Shown piece by piece: positions 37,411 through 46,950 of a stretch of DNA of 64,000 nucleotides. Position numbers and translations under genes: made by a program. The notes beneath the pieces are model-generated. The model saw nothing but the letters and a program-made list of their open reading frames with translations, made no database searches and was not told the origin of the DNA. The first letter of the stretch is position 1; each line of letters starts with the position of its first letter. Where the stretch lies: positions 124,001 to 188,000 of the IMG/VR virus record IMGVR_UViG_3300042934_000980, one strand, 5' to 3'.

Positions 37411-38268
37411 TTAGAACTTAGAGGCTTCGACTTGTTCTTTGGTGAGGTTGTAGTAGTAATAATCAAGGGTACGGCGAGGAAACTGGTCTTCACCCCCTAC
37501 CCAGGCTTGCAACCAGCGACCCGACTGCCCTACCCCTACGGTATAGTGTGCAAAGCGCTTGGAAAGGGCTATCGCCAAATCAGCAATGTCTTCCTTTTCC
37601 AAGGCCCAGACTTCCATCGATACTGTGCCCAAGGCGAGCTCGATACGAAAGTTTTGGACAAACTTAGGTATCGTTTTCATGATCACGCCCTTAAACCCAA
37701 GCTTGAACGCGTAGTCCTCGCGGATCAGGAAGGGCTTGCCGTCTATGTTCCAAGCTACCAGCTTACCGTAGTTGCGCTCATGACCATTCTCGTCGGTACG
37801 AATAACGTCTTCGATAACCTTGGAATGTTCTGTATCCCCATGGCGCCCAACTTCGATATTGCCCACATGGACATGCTCTTCGACGTCTACCGCAGGTGCT
37901 GTTACCGAAAGGTTAAAAGGTTCGCCACCGGTGTCAATGTAGGCCTGCACCAACCGCTGGATGACCTTGCGATGGTCTTGCTGCTCAAACACCATAAACC
38001 AGTGATCGCCCATGGCGTGTTCATGGCCCATGCAGTCCAGGTCCAAACCAAAAGACTCGCCAGTGTCCGGGGCACGGGTCATGAGCTCCAGATGCTCGTC
38101 GCTGTTGTTAACCTGGAGTTCCAGCAAACCCTGAGCATAGAAGCTATGCCCTACCCCCGCATTACTGCCCTTGATAAGGATATCACCAAAGAACGTCTCG
38201 CGGTCAAAGGGGCTGTACAGCGTGCCGGCGGGCAATTCGAGAAACTTTTTCAGGTTTACAATTTTCAT
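37411..38268 (-). CDS. Hypothetical protein
   Basis: 285 aa, AAGGA SD, downstream of an early promoter. Confidence 0.8.
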   Translation of the reverse strand: MKIVNLKKFLELPAGTLYSPFDRETFFGDILIKGSNAGVGHSFYAQGLLELQVNNSDEHLELMTRAPDTGESFGLDLDCMGHEHAMGDHWFMVFEQQDHRKVIQRLVQAYIDTGGEPFNLSVTAPAVDVEEHVHVGNIEVGRHGDTEHSKVIEDVIRTDENGHERNYGKLVAWNIDGKPFLIREDYAFKLGFKGVIMKTIPKFVQNFRIELALGTVSMEVWALEKEDIADLAIALSKRFAHYTVGVGQSGRWLQAWVGGEDQFPRRTLDYYYYNLTKEQVEASKF

Positions 38269-38314
38269 GACGTAATCCTTTTACGGTTTTAATAAGTGGT
38301 TATTACTCCCCTGA

Positions 38315-38331
38315 ATAATGTAGGTCTGAGA
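38315..38331 (-). promoter_or_regulatory. Early promoter (variant)
   Basis: TCTCAGACCTACATTAT. Confidence 0.65.
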
Positions 38332-38440
38332 TTCATTTAAATGTAATGCGGCGTTAAATATAATTTGCAGTGTCAGTATTTTTACCCCGATGATTTTATG
38401 TTCCATCCCCCTAAATACCTTTATCAACTGTGGAACTCCT

Positions 38441-39025
38441 ATGGCCTTTCCTAATCAGCAACTGTTTTTGGACAGGTTCATCGCTTATAACAAAAACAGA
38501 TATAAGGATGATCCTGAAATCGTTGAGGCGCTGAATGCCCTTCAGCTCGGCGCTGTCACCTTCCTCAATCCCCGTAAAGAGACCGTCGACGGGGTCACCC
38601 AGCACCTGACTGACCTGAACGTTCCAGGGGTGCTGACGGCGGTCAACCAACGTTTCATCCCAGCCGATTACCCCCTTCACGGTGTGGCTCAGCTTGTTTC
38701 TGAAAATCCACTGGTCATGGCTGACCTGCAACTGGAAATGGAAGCCGGGGTATATTGGTTGCGCACTGACGAGGACGGCAGCAAGGTCGGGGCCCTGTTG
38801 GTAGCACATGGTGAAAAGACCGAAGCCAACGTGCTCTCTTTGATCAAAGGCAAGTGCCTGTTTGATCTGCAAGACAGCGAAATCACGGTCAACGACGACG
38901 TCACCCAAGTGGCGATCGACTCTCCGACGATCACCGGTCTTTTGGCCGTGGTGGAATCGCTGGGTGATATCACCGAGGCTGTCTACAACGGCGACTTCGC
39001 TTTTGACGGCACCCTGACTTACTAA
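38441..39025 (+). CDS. Probable virion protein; paralogue of 53001-53594 and 53711-54280
   Basis: LFLDRFIAYNKNRYKDD vs LFVTRFVAFNLNRYKDD; C-terminal YNGDFAFDGTLTY; TTTTATG upstream at about 38394-38400. Confidence 0.75.
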   Translation: MAFPNQQLFLDRFIAYNKNRYKDDPEIVEALNALQLGAVTFLNPRKETVDGVTQHLTDLNVPGVLTAVNQRFIPADYPLHGVAQLVSENPLVMADLQLEMEAGVYWLRTDEDGSKVGALLVAHGEKTEANVLSLIKGKCLFDLQDSEITVNDDVTQVAIDSPTITGLLAVVESLGDITEAVYNGDFAFDGTLTY

Positions 39026-39093
39026 GGACAGAAGTAGGGGGCTCCACAGGCGTAGCACCGACACACATTTATATTTCCTCAAGGGAAGTTATC

Positions 39094-42063
39094 ATGGCTG
39101 ACACTGAAGTAACAGAATGGGTACAAGACGTACCCCTCATCGAAGTCGGTGAGAAGGTTAAGGGCGGCGTTGACGGCGCCGCTAACAAGAGCTCCAAAGA
39201 ACTGATCAAACGCACCGACTACCTGTACGCCCAACTGCAAGCACTGGTGGTGGGTGGACTGAGTGTCCTCGGTAAGCTGGACAGTGAAGCAGAACTGGAC
39301 GCCATCGACACCACCGGGTTGGTCAAAGGCACCGCGTACTTTGTCAGCGGCTCCCTGCGAGTCTGGAACGGCGAAGAATGGACGGACTCCGGCTCTTTGC
39401 TCGGTCCTCGCGGCATCAACCTGCTCGGCACCTGGCCTGACGCCCAAGAGTTGCCAGCGATCGCTTCCAACGAAGTGGGTGACGCCTACATCTGGAAAGG
39501 CGACGTCAACATCCTGATCCCGGTGGGTGAAGGTGAAACGGCTACCCGTGAGTGGGCCAGCATCGGTCTTAAAGGCCCTCAAGGTGATTCGGCCTACGAG
39601 CTCGCCCAAGACATCGACGGCTTCCAAGGCACCAAAGCCCAGTGGCTGGCCAGCTTGGTGGGTAAAAGCAACTACCAGATCTGGTTGGACCAAGGCAACA
39701 CCGGCACCGAAGCCGACTTCTTGGCCACGCTCAAGTCAACTGAACCAGGCCCACCCGGTGAGTCGGTTAAAGGCGACCCAGGTGACCCTGCCACCCCGTT
39801 TGCGATTGAAGGCACGGTAGAGTCGGCGGATCAGCTCCCTACCCCGGGTGATGCGCGCAAAGCGTACTACATCGGCAGCCACCTGTTTGTCTGGGTTGAA
39901 TCCCAGAGCAACTACGTGGACTTGGGTTCGGTAGGCGGTCTCTCTGCTTACGACCTGTGGAAGGCTGAAGGCAATACAGGCACCCTCGCTGACTTCTTCG
40001 AGGCGTACCGGTCGACAGTTCCGGGTCCAAAAGGTGACAACGGTGCCAACGTCAACGTCAAGGGTACCCTGAGCACTTCGGACAGCTTGGCGGCGTTGCA
40101 AGACCCGCAGAACCAAGACGCCTACGCGATGAGCGACACAGGTAACCTGTGGATCCTTATCGATGGGACTTGGACAGACACCGGCCCATGGCGTGGTAAG
40201 AGCAACTACGATCTCTACGTCGAGAACGGCGGTCAAGCCGATCAACCCACGTGGCTTGCCAGTCTGCAAGGCCGTGATGGGGAAGACGGGACCAACATCC
40301 AGCTCAAGGGTATCGTTCCTTCCTACGAAAACCTGCCAACCAGTCCTGCCGAACAAGACGTGTACGCCGTACGCGACCTGAACAGCATCTTTGCCTTCAT
40401 CAACGGCGGCTGGGACCTGATGGGTCAGTTCAAGGGTGAAGACGGTGAAGATGGCCAGAACGGCACCTCCATCAATGTCGTCAAGATCCTGACCGCGGAT
40501 GACACCGCCATTCCAGCGGCTGCTGGTAACGCCGGCAAAGCCTACGTGGACCTCGACGGTCACATCTGGCTGTCCAACAACAGCATCTGGATCGACGTTG
40601 GTCCTGTGGGTGCTGCAGGCCCTCAGGGTCCTCAAGGTACAGGCTTTAACCTGCGTGGTAACGTGGCCACTGCCGGTCAGCTGCCTAACACCGCCCAGGT
40701 GCAAGACGGCGATGCCTACATCACCACCATCGACAAGATGCTCTACGTGCGCGTGGAAGGTCAGTGGAACGGTCCGTTTGACATCATCGGTCCTGAAGGT
40801 CGTCAAGGTGTGCCAGGTCCTCAAGGTGCTGATGGTAAGTCCATCGCCATCATGGGTTCCTACACCACCGATGCCGACTTGAAAGCCGCTCACCCCACAG
40901 GCAACTTGGGTGAAGGCTACTTGGTGGGCACTCACCTGTGGATCTGGACGACTGCCGATGGCGGTAAGTGGATCGACGTGGGTGAAGTACGTGGTCCACA
41001 AGGGTTGCCAGGGCCTGAAGGTAAAGCCAGCACCAAACCCGGCCCTAAAGGTGAGCGTGGTACGGTGTGGATCACCTTGCCGGCCGGTCAAGATGAGCCT
41101 TCGCAAGGCTTTGCCGGTAACGTGGGTGACTGGGCGGTCTCGGACACCTTCAAGGTGTACTACCGCAGCGTCAACGGCTGGGTGTACTGGGGTCAACTGG
41201 TAGCGGGTGATGTAAACTCGCCGCTGGAAAGCTTTGGCAAGGCTGTGCGTCTGGGTAACCAGTGGGTGGTGTTGCCGATCGATGAAGTGGAAGCACCTCA
41301 AGACGGCAAGTTCTACGTTCGTCGTCTCAAAGCAGGCAGCAACCCTTTGGCTACGGAATGGGTCGCACTTAAGGAAGTGCCTGAAGAACTCACCGCCAAA
41401 GACGGTAAGCTCTACGGTCGGTTCTGGGATGCCGCCACCACCAAGTTCCTGTGGAAAGAAGTGGCTATCCCTTCCGGCATCGCCGATCTGGTCACCAAAG
41501 ACGGCAAGCAGTACGCCCGGGTGTTTGAATCGGGTGCGACCACGCCGATCTGGAAAGAGATCGTCACCATCGCCGACATCACGGCCAAGGACGGGAAGTA
41601 CTACGCCCGCTTCTTTGCAGCCGACGGCACCGCCCCGATCTGGAAAGAAGTCCCTGTAGGGATCTCCGACCTGACCACTAAGGACGGTAAGCAGTACGTT
41701 CGGGTCTATGAGGTGGCAGGTGCTGCACCGATCTGGAAAGAGTTTGTGCTGCCTACCATGGACAAGTACACACTCAAGATGTTGGCGGCCACCACCATCC
41801 TCGACCTGAGCCAGGCACAGGTGTTCAGCATTGCCAATAGCTCGGCCCGCACGCTTGCGTTCATGGCCCAAACCCAACCGGCTGCTGACCGCTCGATGAC
41901 CGTGGTATTGATCATCAACGGTGCAGGTGTGATCACCTGGCCTGCCAACGTGGTCTGGACCGGCAGTACTCAACCGATCTTGGGGGCAACCACCACCGTG
42001 GTGACCCTGTTGTGGGACGGCATTGGCGGTCGTTGGATCGGTAGCGTAGGCGCCAGCATCTAA
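39094..42063 (+). CDS. Long tail fibre with collagen-like segments and repeated modules
   Basis: N-terminal KGGVDGAANK..KEL.KRTDYL anchor; GPxGPxG triplets; SAY(E/D)L...WLASL repeats; (K/Q)DGKxYxR repeats; C-terminal LDLS..QVF...TWP domain. Confidence 0.88.
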   Translation: MADTEVTEWVQDVPLIEVGEKVKGGVDGAANKSSKELIKRTDYLYAQLQALVVGGLSVLGKLDSEAELDAIDTTGLVKGTAYFVSGSLRVWNGEEWTDSGSLLGPRGINLLGTWPDAQELPAIASNEVGDAYIWKGDVNILIPVGEGETATREWASIGLKGPQGDSAYELAQDIDGFQGTKAQWLASLVGKSNYQIWLDQGNTGTEADFLATLKSTEPGPPGESVKGDPGDPATPFAIEGTVESADQLPTPGDARKAYYIGSHLFVWVESQSNYVDLGSVGGLSAYDLWKAEGNTGTLADFFEAYRSTVPGPKGDNGANVNVKGTLSTSDSLAALQDPQNQDAYAMSDTGNLWILIDGTWTDTGPWRGKSNYDLYVENGGQADQPTWLASLQGRDGEDGTNIQLKGIVPSYENLPTSPAEQDVYAVRDLNSIFAFINGGWDLMGQFKGEDGEDGQNGTSINVVKILTADDTAIPAAAGNAGKAYVDLDGHIWLSNNSIWIDVGPVGAAGPQGPQGTGFNLRGNVATAGQLPNTAQVQDGDAYITTIDKMLYVRVEGQWNGPFDIIGPEGRQGVPGPQGADGKSIAIMGSYTTDADLKAAHPTGNLGEGYLVGTHLWIWTTADGGKWIDVGEVRGPQGLPGPEGKASTKPGPKGERGTVWITLPAGQDEPSQGFAGNVGDWAVSDTFKVYYRSVNGWVYWGQLVAGDVNSPLESFGKAVRLGNQWVVLPIDEVEAPQDGKFYVRRLKAGSNPLATEWVALKEVPEELTAKDGKLYGRFWDAATTKFLWKEVAIPSGIADLVTKDGKQYARVFESGATTPIWKEIVTIADITAKDGKYYARFFAADGTAPIWKEVPVGISDLTTKDGKQYVRVYEVAGAAPIWKEFVLPTMDKYTLKMLAATTILDLSQAQVFSIANSSARTLAFMAQTQPAADRSMTVVLIINGAGVITWPANVVWTGSTQPILGATTTVVTLLWDGIGGRWIGSVGASI
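41299..41745 (+). repeat. Five 30-33-aa (K/Q)DGKxYxR...W(KE) repeats in the tail fibre
   Basis: QDGKFYVR, KDGKLYGR, KDGKQYAR, KDGKYYAR, KDGKQYVR. Confidence 0.85.
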
Positions 42064-42124
42064 GTGACCGTGCGGTAAGGTTAACGCAACTTACCGCATC
42101 ACCCTTTACATTGAGGTAAGTAAC

Positions 42125-43192
42125 ATGGCTGACGAAAACGTTGTGGATAACGACGAATTGGGTGAAGAGCCGTCCAAAGAAGAACTGGACGCCGCCCCTG
42201 ATGCAAACGCTGAACCCGAGGCAGATAACACCGCCGCTGAAGAAGGCACGGATGAAACGGTTGAAGGTGACGTTGAGCCTGAAGCTGAATACTCCAACGC
42301 CGTGGCAGCTGAAGCTCCGGTTGCCAGCGCGGAACTGGGTGAAGGGGAATACCCTGACCACCAAGTCCCTGCGCCGGTATCGGACAGTCCTACCCAGGAA
42401 ACCACCAACGAACCCCTGCCTGACGATCACGTAGACCAAGTGGCAACCACCACTGCGGTGACGGAAGAAGAAAGCGAGGAAGCGCCTGAACCTGAGGTGC
42501 CTCAGGAACGTGTGAACGCCTCAACCTTGCTGATCGAGCTGGAATCGGGCGGGTATCCGGTGACCCTAGGTGCGATCTTCTCCAAGTACTCGGACCGTTC
42601 GTTCCCGCAGTCCCCGTTGTTGCATGATCTTGAAGCCTTGGGTTACGCCAAGGTAGAACCCACCCCTCGCCCTGAAGGCGCCGTCGTAACTGAAGGTAAG
42701 CCGGTGGAAGAGGACGGTGTGTGGAAACGGGTCTGGGTAGCACGGGACTGGAACGACGAAGAAAAGGCCACGCAGCTGGCGGCCCAGAAGGAGCAAGCGA
42801 ACCAAAAGATTCTGCAGGTTCGCAATGACGACTTCGAGATGGGCTTGGAGTTCTCCTTCCAGGACACTTCGTTCCACGCCCAGTTGCGTGACGGCGACCG
42901 CATCAACCTGATGTTTCTCAATGACCAAGCCAAAGAACGTCTGGCCGCCGGCAGTGACGAAACCGAACCGTTCCGCAGCTACGAGAATATCAGCTACGAA
43001 CTGCCTCCACAGGAGTTGCTGGATCTCACGTACGCAGCGTTGGCAGCCTACAAGGCCATCCTGCGCAACAGCTGGGCCATCAAGGACCAAGTCGACAGAG
43101 CCACCACAGTAGCCGAGTTGCCGGAAATCCCGGGTACGTTCCTGCCTTCAAGCAGTGCCCTGAAATTGGGCGCAAGCGAAGCAACTGAGTAA
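42125..43192 (+). CDS. Tail fibre assembly protein (DUF4376-like C-terminus) with acidic disordered N-terminus
   Basis: EGKPVEEDGVWKRVW, QLRDGDRINL, FRSYENI, SWAIKDQVDRATTVAEL; directly after the fibre. Confidence 0.72.
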   Translation: MADENVVDNDELGEEPSKEELDAAPDANAEPEADNTAAEEGTDETVEGDVEPEAEYSNAVAAEAPVASAELGEGEYPDHQVPAPVSDSPTQETTNEPLPDDHVDQVATTTAVTEEESEEAPEPEVPQERVNASTLLIELESGGYPVTLGAIFSKYSDRSFPQSPLLHDLEALGYAKVEPTPRPEGAVVTEGKPVEEDGVWKRVWVARDWNDEEKATQLAAQKEQANQKILQVRNDDFEMGLEFSFQDTSFHAQLRDGDRINLMFLNDQAKERLAAGSDETEPFRSYENISYELPPQELLDLTYAALAAYKAILRNSWAIKDQVDRATTVAELPEIPGTFLPSSSALKLGASEATE

Positions 43193-43252
43193 CACGCACG
43201 TAGGTGGCCTCCTCAGCTGAGGAGGTCGCTTACTCTTCAAAGGAATTAACCC

Positions 43253-43984
43253 ATGCTAGAAGCAATGCTGTTAGGTGCAAGACCTACCGTCATGCCAGCA
43301 CCCATCTTTCTGTTTGATATGGCGACCCAAAAAGCCAGTGGTCCGAATGGGAATATCCCGGTCACCACCACTGTTGCCGGTGGGAGCGTTGTGGACAACG
43401 CATACCTCATTAACGACAAACCGTCCATGAGCCTGCCTGCCGCCACCAGCAACTTGGTTATTAACATAACCACGCCACTGGATCTGACAAACGGACCGCT
43501 GCCGAATGAATTCACCTTGGAATGGTCGTTCATTCACCACAGTGGGTTGGCGGCTGCACAGTATTACGGTAGCACGTACTTTCAAAACGGTGCCGGTAAC
43601 CCGGGCGCAGCGATCTATTACGGTGATACCCCGTTCAACAACTCGTTGCTCTATTCGACAACACCGGGCACTGCATCCTCAACGTGCTGGGTGCTTACCG
43701 GGGCAACCAAAACGGCTCAGCTGGCACTTCTGATCCAAGCGGCCATCGTGGTAAGGGGAGGCTTGGTGTACTTCTACCGAAACGGCACCTTGCTGCGCGT
43801 TCAACGATACGGTGAGTGGATCGAGCAGGACGCCAGTGCCAACCAAGGTACTTGGAATGCTCTGAGTCGTATCACCTTGGGGTGGTTTAACTCTACCTTG
43901 AAGAACGCCCCGAGTCACTACGGTAACATTCGTATTTCCAACTACGCCCGCTATACCCAGAACTACGTCCCCACACCGTTCTAA
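43253..43984 (+). CDS. LamG/ConA-like tail-associated protein
   Basis: EFTLEW, AIVVRGGLVYFYRNG, NIRISNYARYTQNYVP. Confidence 0.75.
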   Translation: MLEAMLLGARPTVMPAPIFLFDMATQKASGPNGNIPVTTTVAGGSVVDNAYLINDKPSMSLPAATSNLVINITTPLDLTNGPLPNEFTLEWSFIHHSGLAAAQYYGSTYFQNGAGNPGAAIYYGDTPFNNSLLYSTTPGTASSTCWVLTGATKTAQLALLIQAAIVVRGGLVYFYRNGTLLRVQRYGEWIEQDASANQGTWNALSRITLGWFNSTLKNAPSHYGNIRISNYARYTQNYVPTPF

Positions 43985-44037
43985 GGGATAAGAGTAATTA
44001 ACGGGTCACATTCCACCCCTGAGCAGCAGGACAAACC

Positions 44038-44496
44038 ATGAGTGATTTTACTCGATTCAGTGCCATTGAGCGATTGGGGTACGACGTTGAATCCAGCCGT
44101 AAGTACGGTAAGGATATCTGGAGCGTAGCGCCTGGGTATCGTTACTACATCGGATTCAAAGGGTCTACACGTTACGTTGACGTGGAAGACGGCTTTCTGA
44201 CTGACGGGGCTACTATCCCGCGTTTCCTGTGGTGGTTGTTGCCACCGTTGGGCGAATACAGTCAAGCAACCAGCTTGCACGATAAACTGTGCCGGTCGTA
44301 TTACATCTTGGAACTCATCAACGGCGTTGAGACCCAAGTCCCTGTCACTCGTGCTGAGATCGACGCGATCCTCAAAGAAGCCCTGGAAGTGTTGGAGGTC
44401 AAGAAATGGAAAGAGACCTGTATCATGGCTGGGGTGAATGCGTACCGACTCTTTACCAACCCCACGGAGGCCCGAGGACTGGCTGACAGTTTATAA
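44038..44496 (+). CDS. DUF1353 family protein
   Basis: GFLTDGATIPRFLWWLLPPLGEY..ATSLHDKLC...RAEIDAIL.EAL. Confidence 0.85.
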   Translation: MSDFTRFSAIERLGYDVESSRKYGKDIWSVAPGYRYYIGFKGSTRYVDVEDGFLTDGATIPRFLWWLLPPLGEYSQATSLHDKLCRSYYILELINGVETQVPVTRAEIDAILKEALEVLEVKKWKETCIMAGVNAYRLFTNPTEARGLADSL

Positions 44497-44534
44497 TCGG
44501 GTCGCCATCCACCCTAACCCGCAAAGGTTAAGAC

Positions 44535-44996
44535 ATGGCTGATATCAAAGAGAAACCCGACGCGTTCCCATCCGTGCCGTTGATTCAACCTGGATGGAAG
44601 ATCAAAGGCGGTGCGGAGGATGCCGCTGCCAACCTTCAAGCGGTCGCGCTGACCCAGCGTACCGCCCACCTTAAGAAGCAGCAAGATGAAATCAAAAAGT
44701 TGCTACTGGGTGGGATAAAAATTATTGGTCGTCTGGTGAATGAAGATGCACTGGACACCATCGACACCTCCAAGCTTTCCATGGGAGACGGCTACTTTGT
44801 AGACGGTGCAATATTCCTGTGGAACGGCAAAGAGTGGGTCAGTTCGGGCTCGCTTAAAGCGGACCCGGTTGATCTGGCTGAAGGGGTCAGCACTGACCCT
44901 GGCAACATCCTCCGTTTAGGAGAAGATGGTAAGTTGTACGTGTCCTTTGACACTACACGGGATCTTCTTTCGATTTACAATGCCGCTAAGGAGTAA
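44535..44996 (+). CDS. Short tail fibre anchor protein (paralogue of the fibre N-terminus)
   Basis: About the first 105 aa align with the 39094 protein (VPLI..G.K.KGG..AAN..RT..L; YFV.G...WNG.EW..SGSL). Confidence 0.8.
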   Translation: MADIKEKPDAFPSVPLIQPGWKIKGGAEDAAANLQAVALTQRTAHLKKQQDEIKKLLLGGIKIIGRLVNEDALDTIDTSKLSMGDGYFVDGAIFLWNGKEWVSSGSLKADPVDLAEGVSTDPGNILRLGEDGKLYVSFDTTRDLLSIYNAAKE

Positions 44997-45001
44997 GACG
45001 T

Positions 45002-45514
45002 ATGTCACTTGCACTTCAACTGGAAGACTTGGCCGAACAGCTGGGTAAAGATTACAAAACCCTGGTGGGGTCTCAAGGTGATCTGAGCACCCTGCCCACC
45101 GAAGCCAAAGACAACGTGGTCAATGCGATCGCCGAAATCTACAGCCTGCTGGCCGATGCCGGTATCCACATTGACGACACCGCAGGTGCCGGTCAAACAA
45201 ACGTGGTGCTGTCCGCTGACAAAGTGGTGGCGCTGCTGGAAGAAGCCAAGAAGGCTGTCAAAGATGACTTGCTCTCAGGCGCAAGCGAAGCTTATGACAC
45301 CTTCAAAGAGCTGCAAGACCGCTTTGAAGCTGACGAAGAAGGCGCAGCTGCCGTCACAGCTGCCTTGGGTAAGCGTGTGCGGTTTGACGCTCCCCAAACG
45401 TTGACTGCTGAAGAGCAGACCACCGCTCGTAACAACATCGGTGCGGTAGCCGCCGCTGACATCGGCGACACCGAAGTTGACTTGGTAGCCATCTACAACG
45501 CCGCCAAGGCTTAA
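45002..45514 (+). CDS. Tail fibre-associated protein
   Basis: GDLSTLPTEAKDNVVNAIAEI, SADKV, AYDTFKEL, QTLTAEEQTTARNNIGA. Confidence 0.75.
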   Translation: MSLALQLEDLAEQLGKDYKTLVGSQGDLSTLPTEAKDNVVNAIAEIYSLLADAGIHIDDTAGAGQTNVVLSADKVVALLEEAKKAVKDDLLSGASEAYDTFKELQDRFEADEEGAAAVTAALGKRVRFDAPQTLTAEEQTTARNNIGAVAAADIGDTEVDLVAIYNAAKA

Positions 45515-45572
45515 GCGCTAGGAGCAAGGGCCGTGTGCGGTTTGGCACGGCCTCTTTTAAAAGGAGTAGTGT

Positions 45573-46649
45573 ATGGACCTTGTGGCGAGGGTTGTTGCGT
45601 TTGTTAAAACTGCCGCCGCGGATTTTAAATCGTTGTCTTCAGCGGTTTCATCCAAGGTAGATAAAGTCGAGGGCAAAGGACTCTCTACGGAGGATTACAC
45701 CACCACCGATAAAGGCAAGGTTGCCTCGTTAGGCGACTTGGGTGGTCAGAACTTGTTTTACAACTCAGCCATGCGGTTGAGTACCATCCCAGGCTTGGCA
45801 GACGGCTGGAAGATTGACGTACCCGGAAGCCCCGGTGCCTCAACAGTAACCTTCTCTCTGGTTCCGTCTCCTATGAACTTGGGAGAGAATGCACAGCGGC
45901 TGACTGTCGCGGGGTTGAACACCAGCACCTTGTACCGCTCGTTGATCAATGACCCTTCCTACCAACCCCCTAGGGTGTGCGAGGGGATGAACATCACCGT
46001 CTCCACGCATGTGAAAGGCACGGCTGGACTGGGTCTTCGGATCTACGTGCAGGCCCTCAGTGCAGCAGGAGCGGTCTTGGGTACGGTTAACAGTGCGTTG
46101 TCGGCATTGGACGGTACGGTGCAACGGTTTTCCAAGTCGTACAACAACCTGCCGGTGGGTACAACGCGCATTCAGGTGGTGTATCGGATTTATGGCGGGA
46201 CGACGGTCACAGCGGGGGTGGTGGACTTTACCCGTCCTCAGTTGCAGATTGGGTTGCTCTCTAGCTGGACTGAGGACACCCTCAGCCACATGACCGGTTG
46301 GATCACGTTGCCCTTGCTCAGCGGGTTCAGTGCGGTAGCCAGCCATCCCCCTCAGTACCGCATCGTCAATGATGAAGTGAAGCTTCGTGGTAAAGTGACC
46401 ATGGGGGCTAAAGTGCTGTCTGGCGGTTCTTACCCGTTCGCCACGTTACCTGCTGGGTATCGCCCTGCGGGGATGACCACCGACAGTGAAGTGATGATGG
46501 TCCCTGTGGTGTGCTCCTCCAGCGTCGGTACAGCGTGTCACTGTTCGGTTACCCGCACGGGGACTTGTTCCATTGTGCTGGGTGGTTCGTTGTCTTTGGC
46601 CTCTTCCACCTACGACCTGTCCAACGTTAGCTTCTCAACGACGGCATAA
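45573..46649 (+). CDS. Tail fibre / receptor-binding protein
   Basis: KVDKVEGKGLSTEDYTT.DK motif, GGQNL..NS carbohydrate-binding-like domain, C-terminal PQYR...V.LRG...ATLPAGYRP. Confidence 0.8.
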   Translation: MDLVARVVAFVKTAAADFKSLSSAVSSKVDKVEGKGLSTEDYTTTDKGKVASLGDLGGQNLFYNSAMRLSTIPGLADGWKIDVPGSPGASTVTFSLVPSPMNLGENAQRLTVAGLNTSTLYRSLINDPSYQPPRVCEGMNITVSTHVKGTAGLGLRIYVQALSAAGAVLGTVNSALSALDGTVQRFSKSYNNLPVGTTRIQVVYRIYGGTTVTAGVVDFTRPQLQIGLLSSWTEDTLSHMTGWITLPLLSGFSAVASHPPQYRIVNDEVKLRGKVTMGAKVLSGGSYPFATLPAGYRPAGMTTDSEVMMVPVVCSSSVGTACHCSVTRTGTCSIVLGGSLSLASSTYDLSNVSFSTTA

Positions 46650-46670
46650 CGAAAAAATAAATAGACGTGA

Positions 46671-46709
46671 ATAACCCTACCCAACCCATTACGGGTTGGG
46701 TAGGGTTAT
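46671..46709. terminator. Hairpin between convergent gene blocks
   Basis: 17-bp stem ATAACCCTACCCAACCC/GGGTTGGGTAGGGTTAT. Confidence 0.8.
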
Positions 46710-46717
46710 AACTGGTG

Positions 46718-46927
46718 TTATTCCATTTCTTCCAGTTTCTCTTCCAATTCTTCAAGCAGCTCTTGGAGAGTTTCAGCTTCAACGCCTTCATCAACCTCAT
46801 CACCAAACCAACCCACCCAAATCCCGTTTTGGACGTCGTAGTTCAGTGTGAGGTCAAGTTGGTCGATGTCGCACAGGTCTTGGAGTCGCGAGATCCGCTC
46901 TTCCAAGGTAACGTCGATAACTGGCAT
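46718..46927 (-). CDS. Small, very acidic protein (HicB/DUF1902-like pattern)
   Basis: 22 D/E vs 3 K/R in 69 aa; YDVQNGIWVG...VEAETLQEL. Confidence 0.65.
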   Translation of the reverse strand: MPVIDVTLEERISRLQDLCDIDQLDLTLNYDVQNGIWVGWFGDEVDEGVEAETLQELLEELEEKLEEME

Positions 46928-46950
46928 GGTACAGCCCTCGCGATCAGTGA

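Noticed and set aside
41299-41745. Repeats as a CRISPR array or DGR template/variable region
   Set aside because: They are in-frame protein repeats with synonymous divergence; no cas or reverse transcriptase gene in the window.
39736-41973. 745-aa minus-strand ORF, and similar long antisense ORFs at 7054-9492, 10501-11415, 24751-25680 and 55350-56369
   Set aside because: They lie opposite well-supported genes; codon bias readily gives stop-free antisense frames; the products look non-biological.
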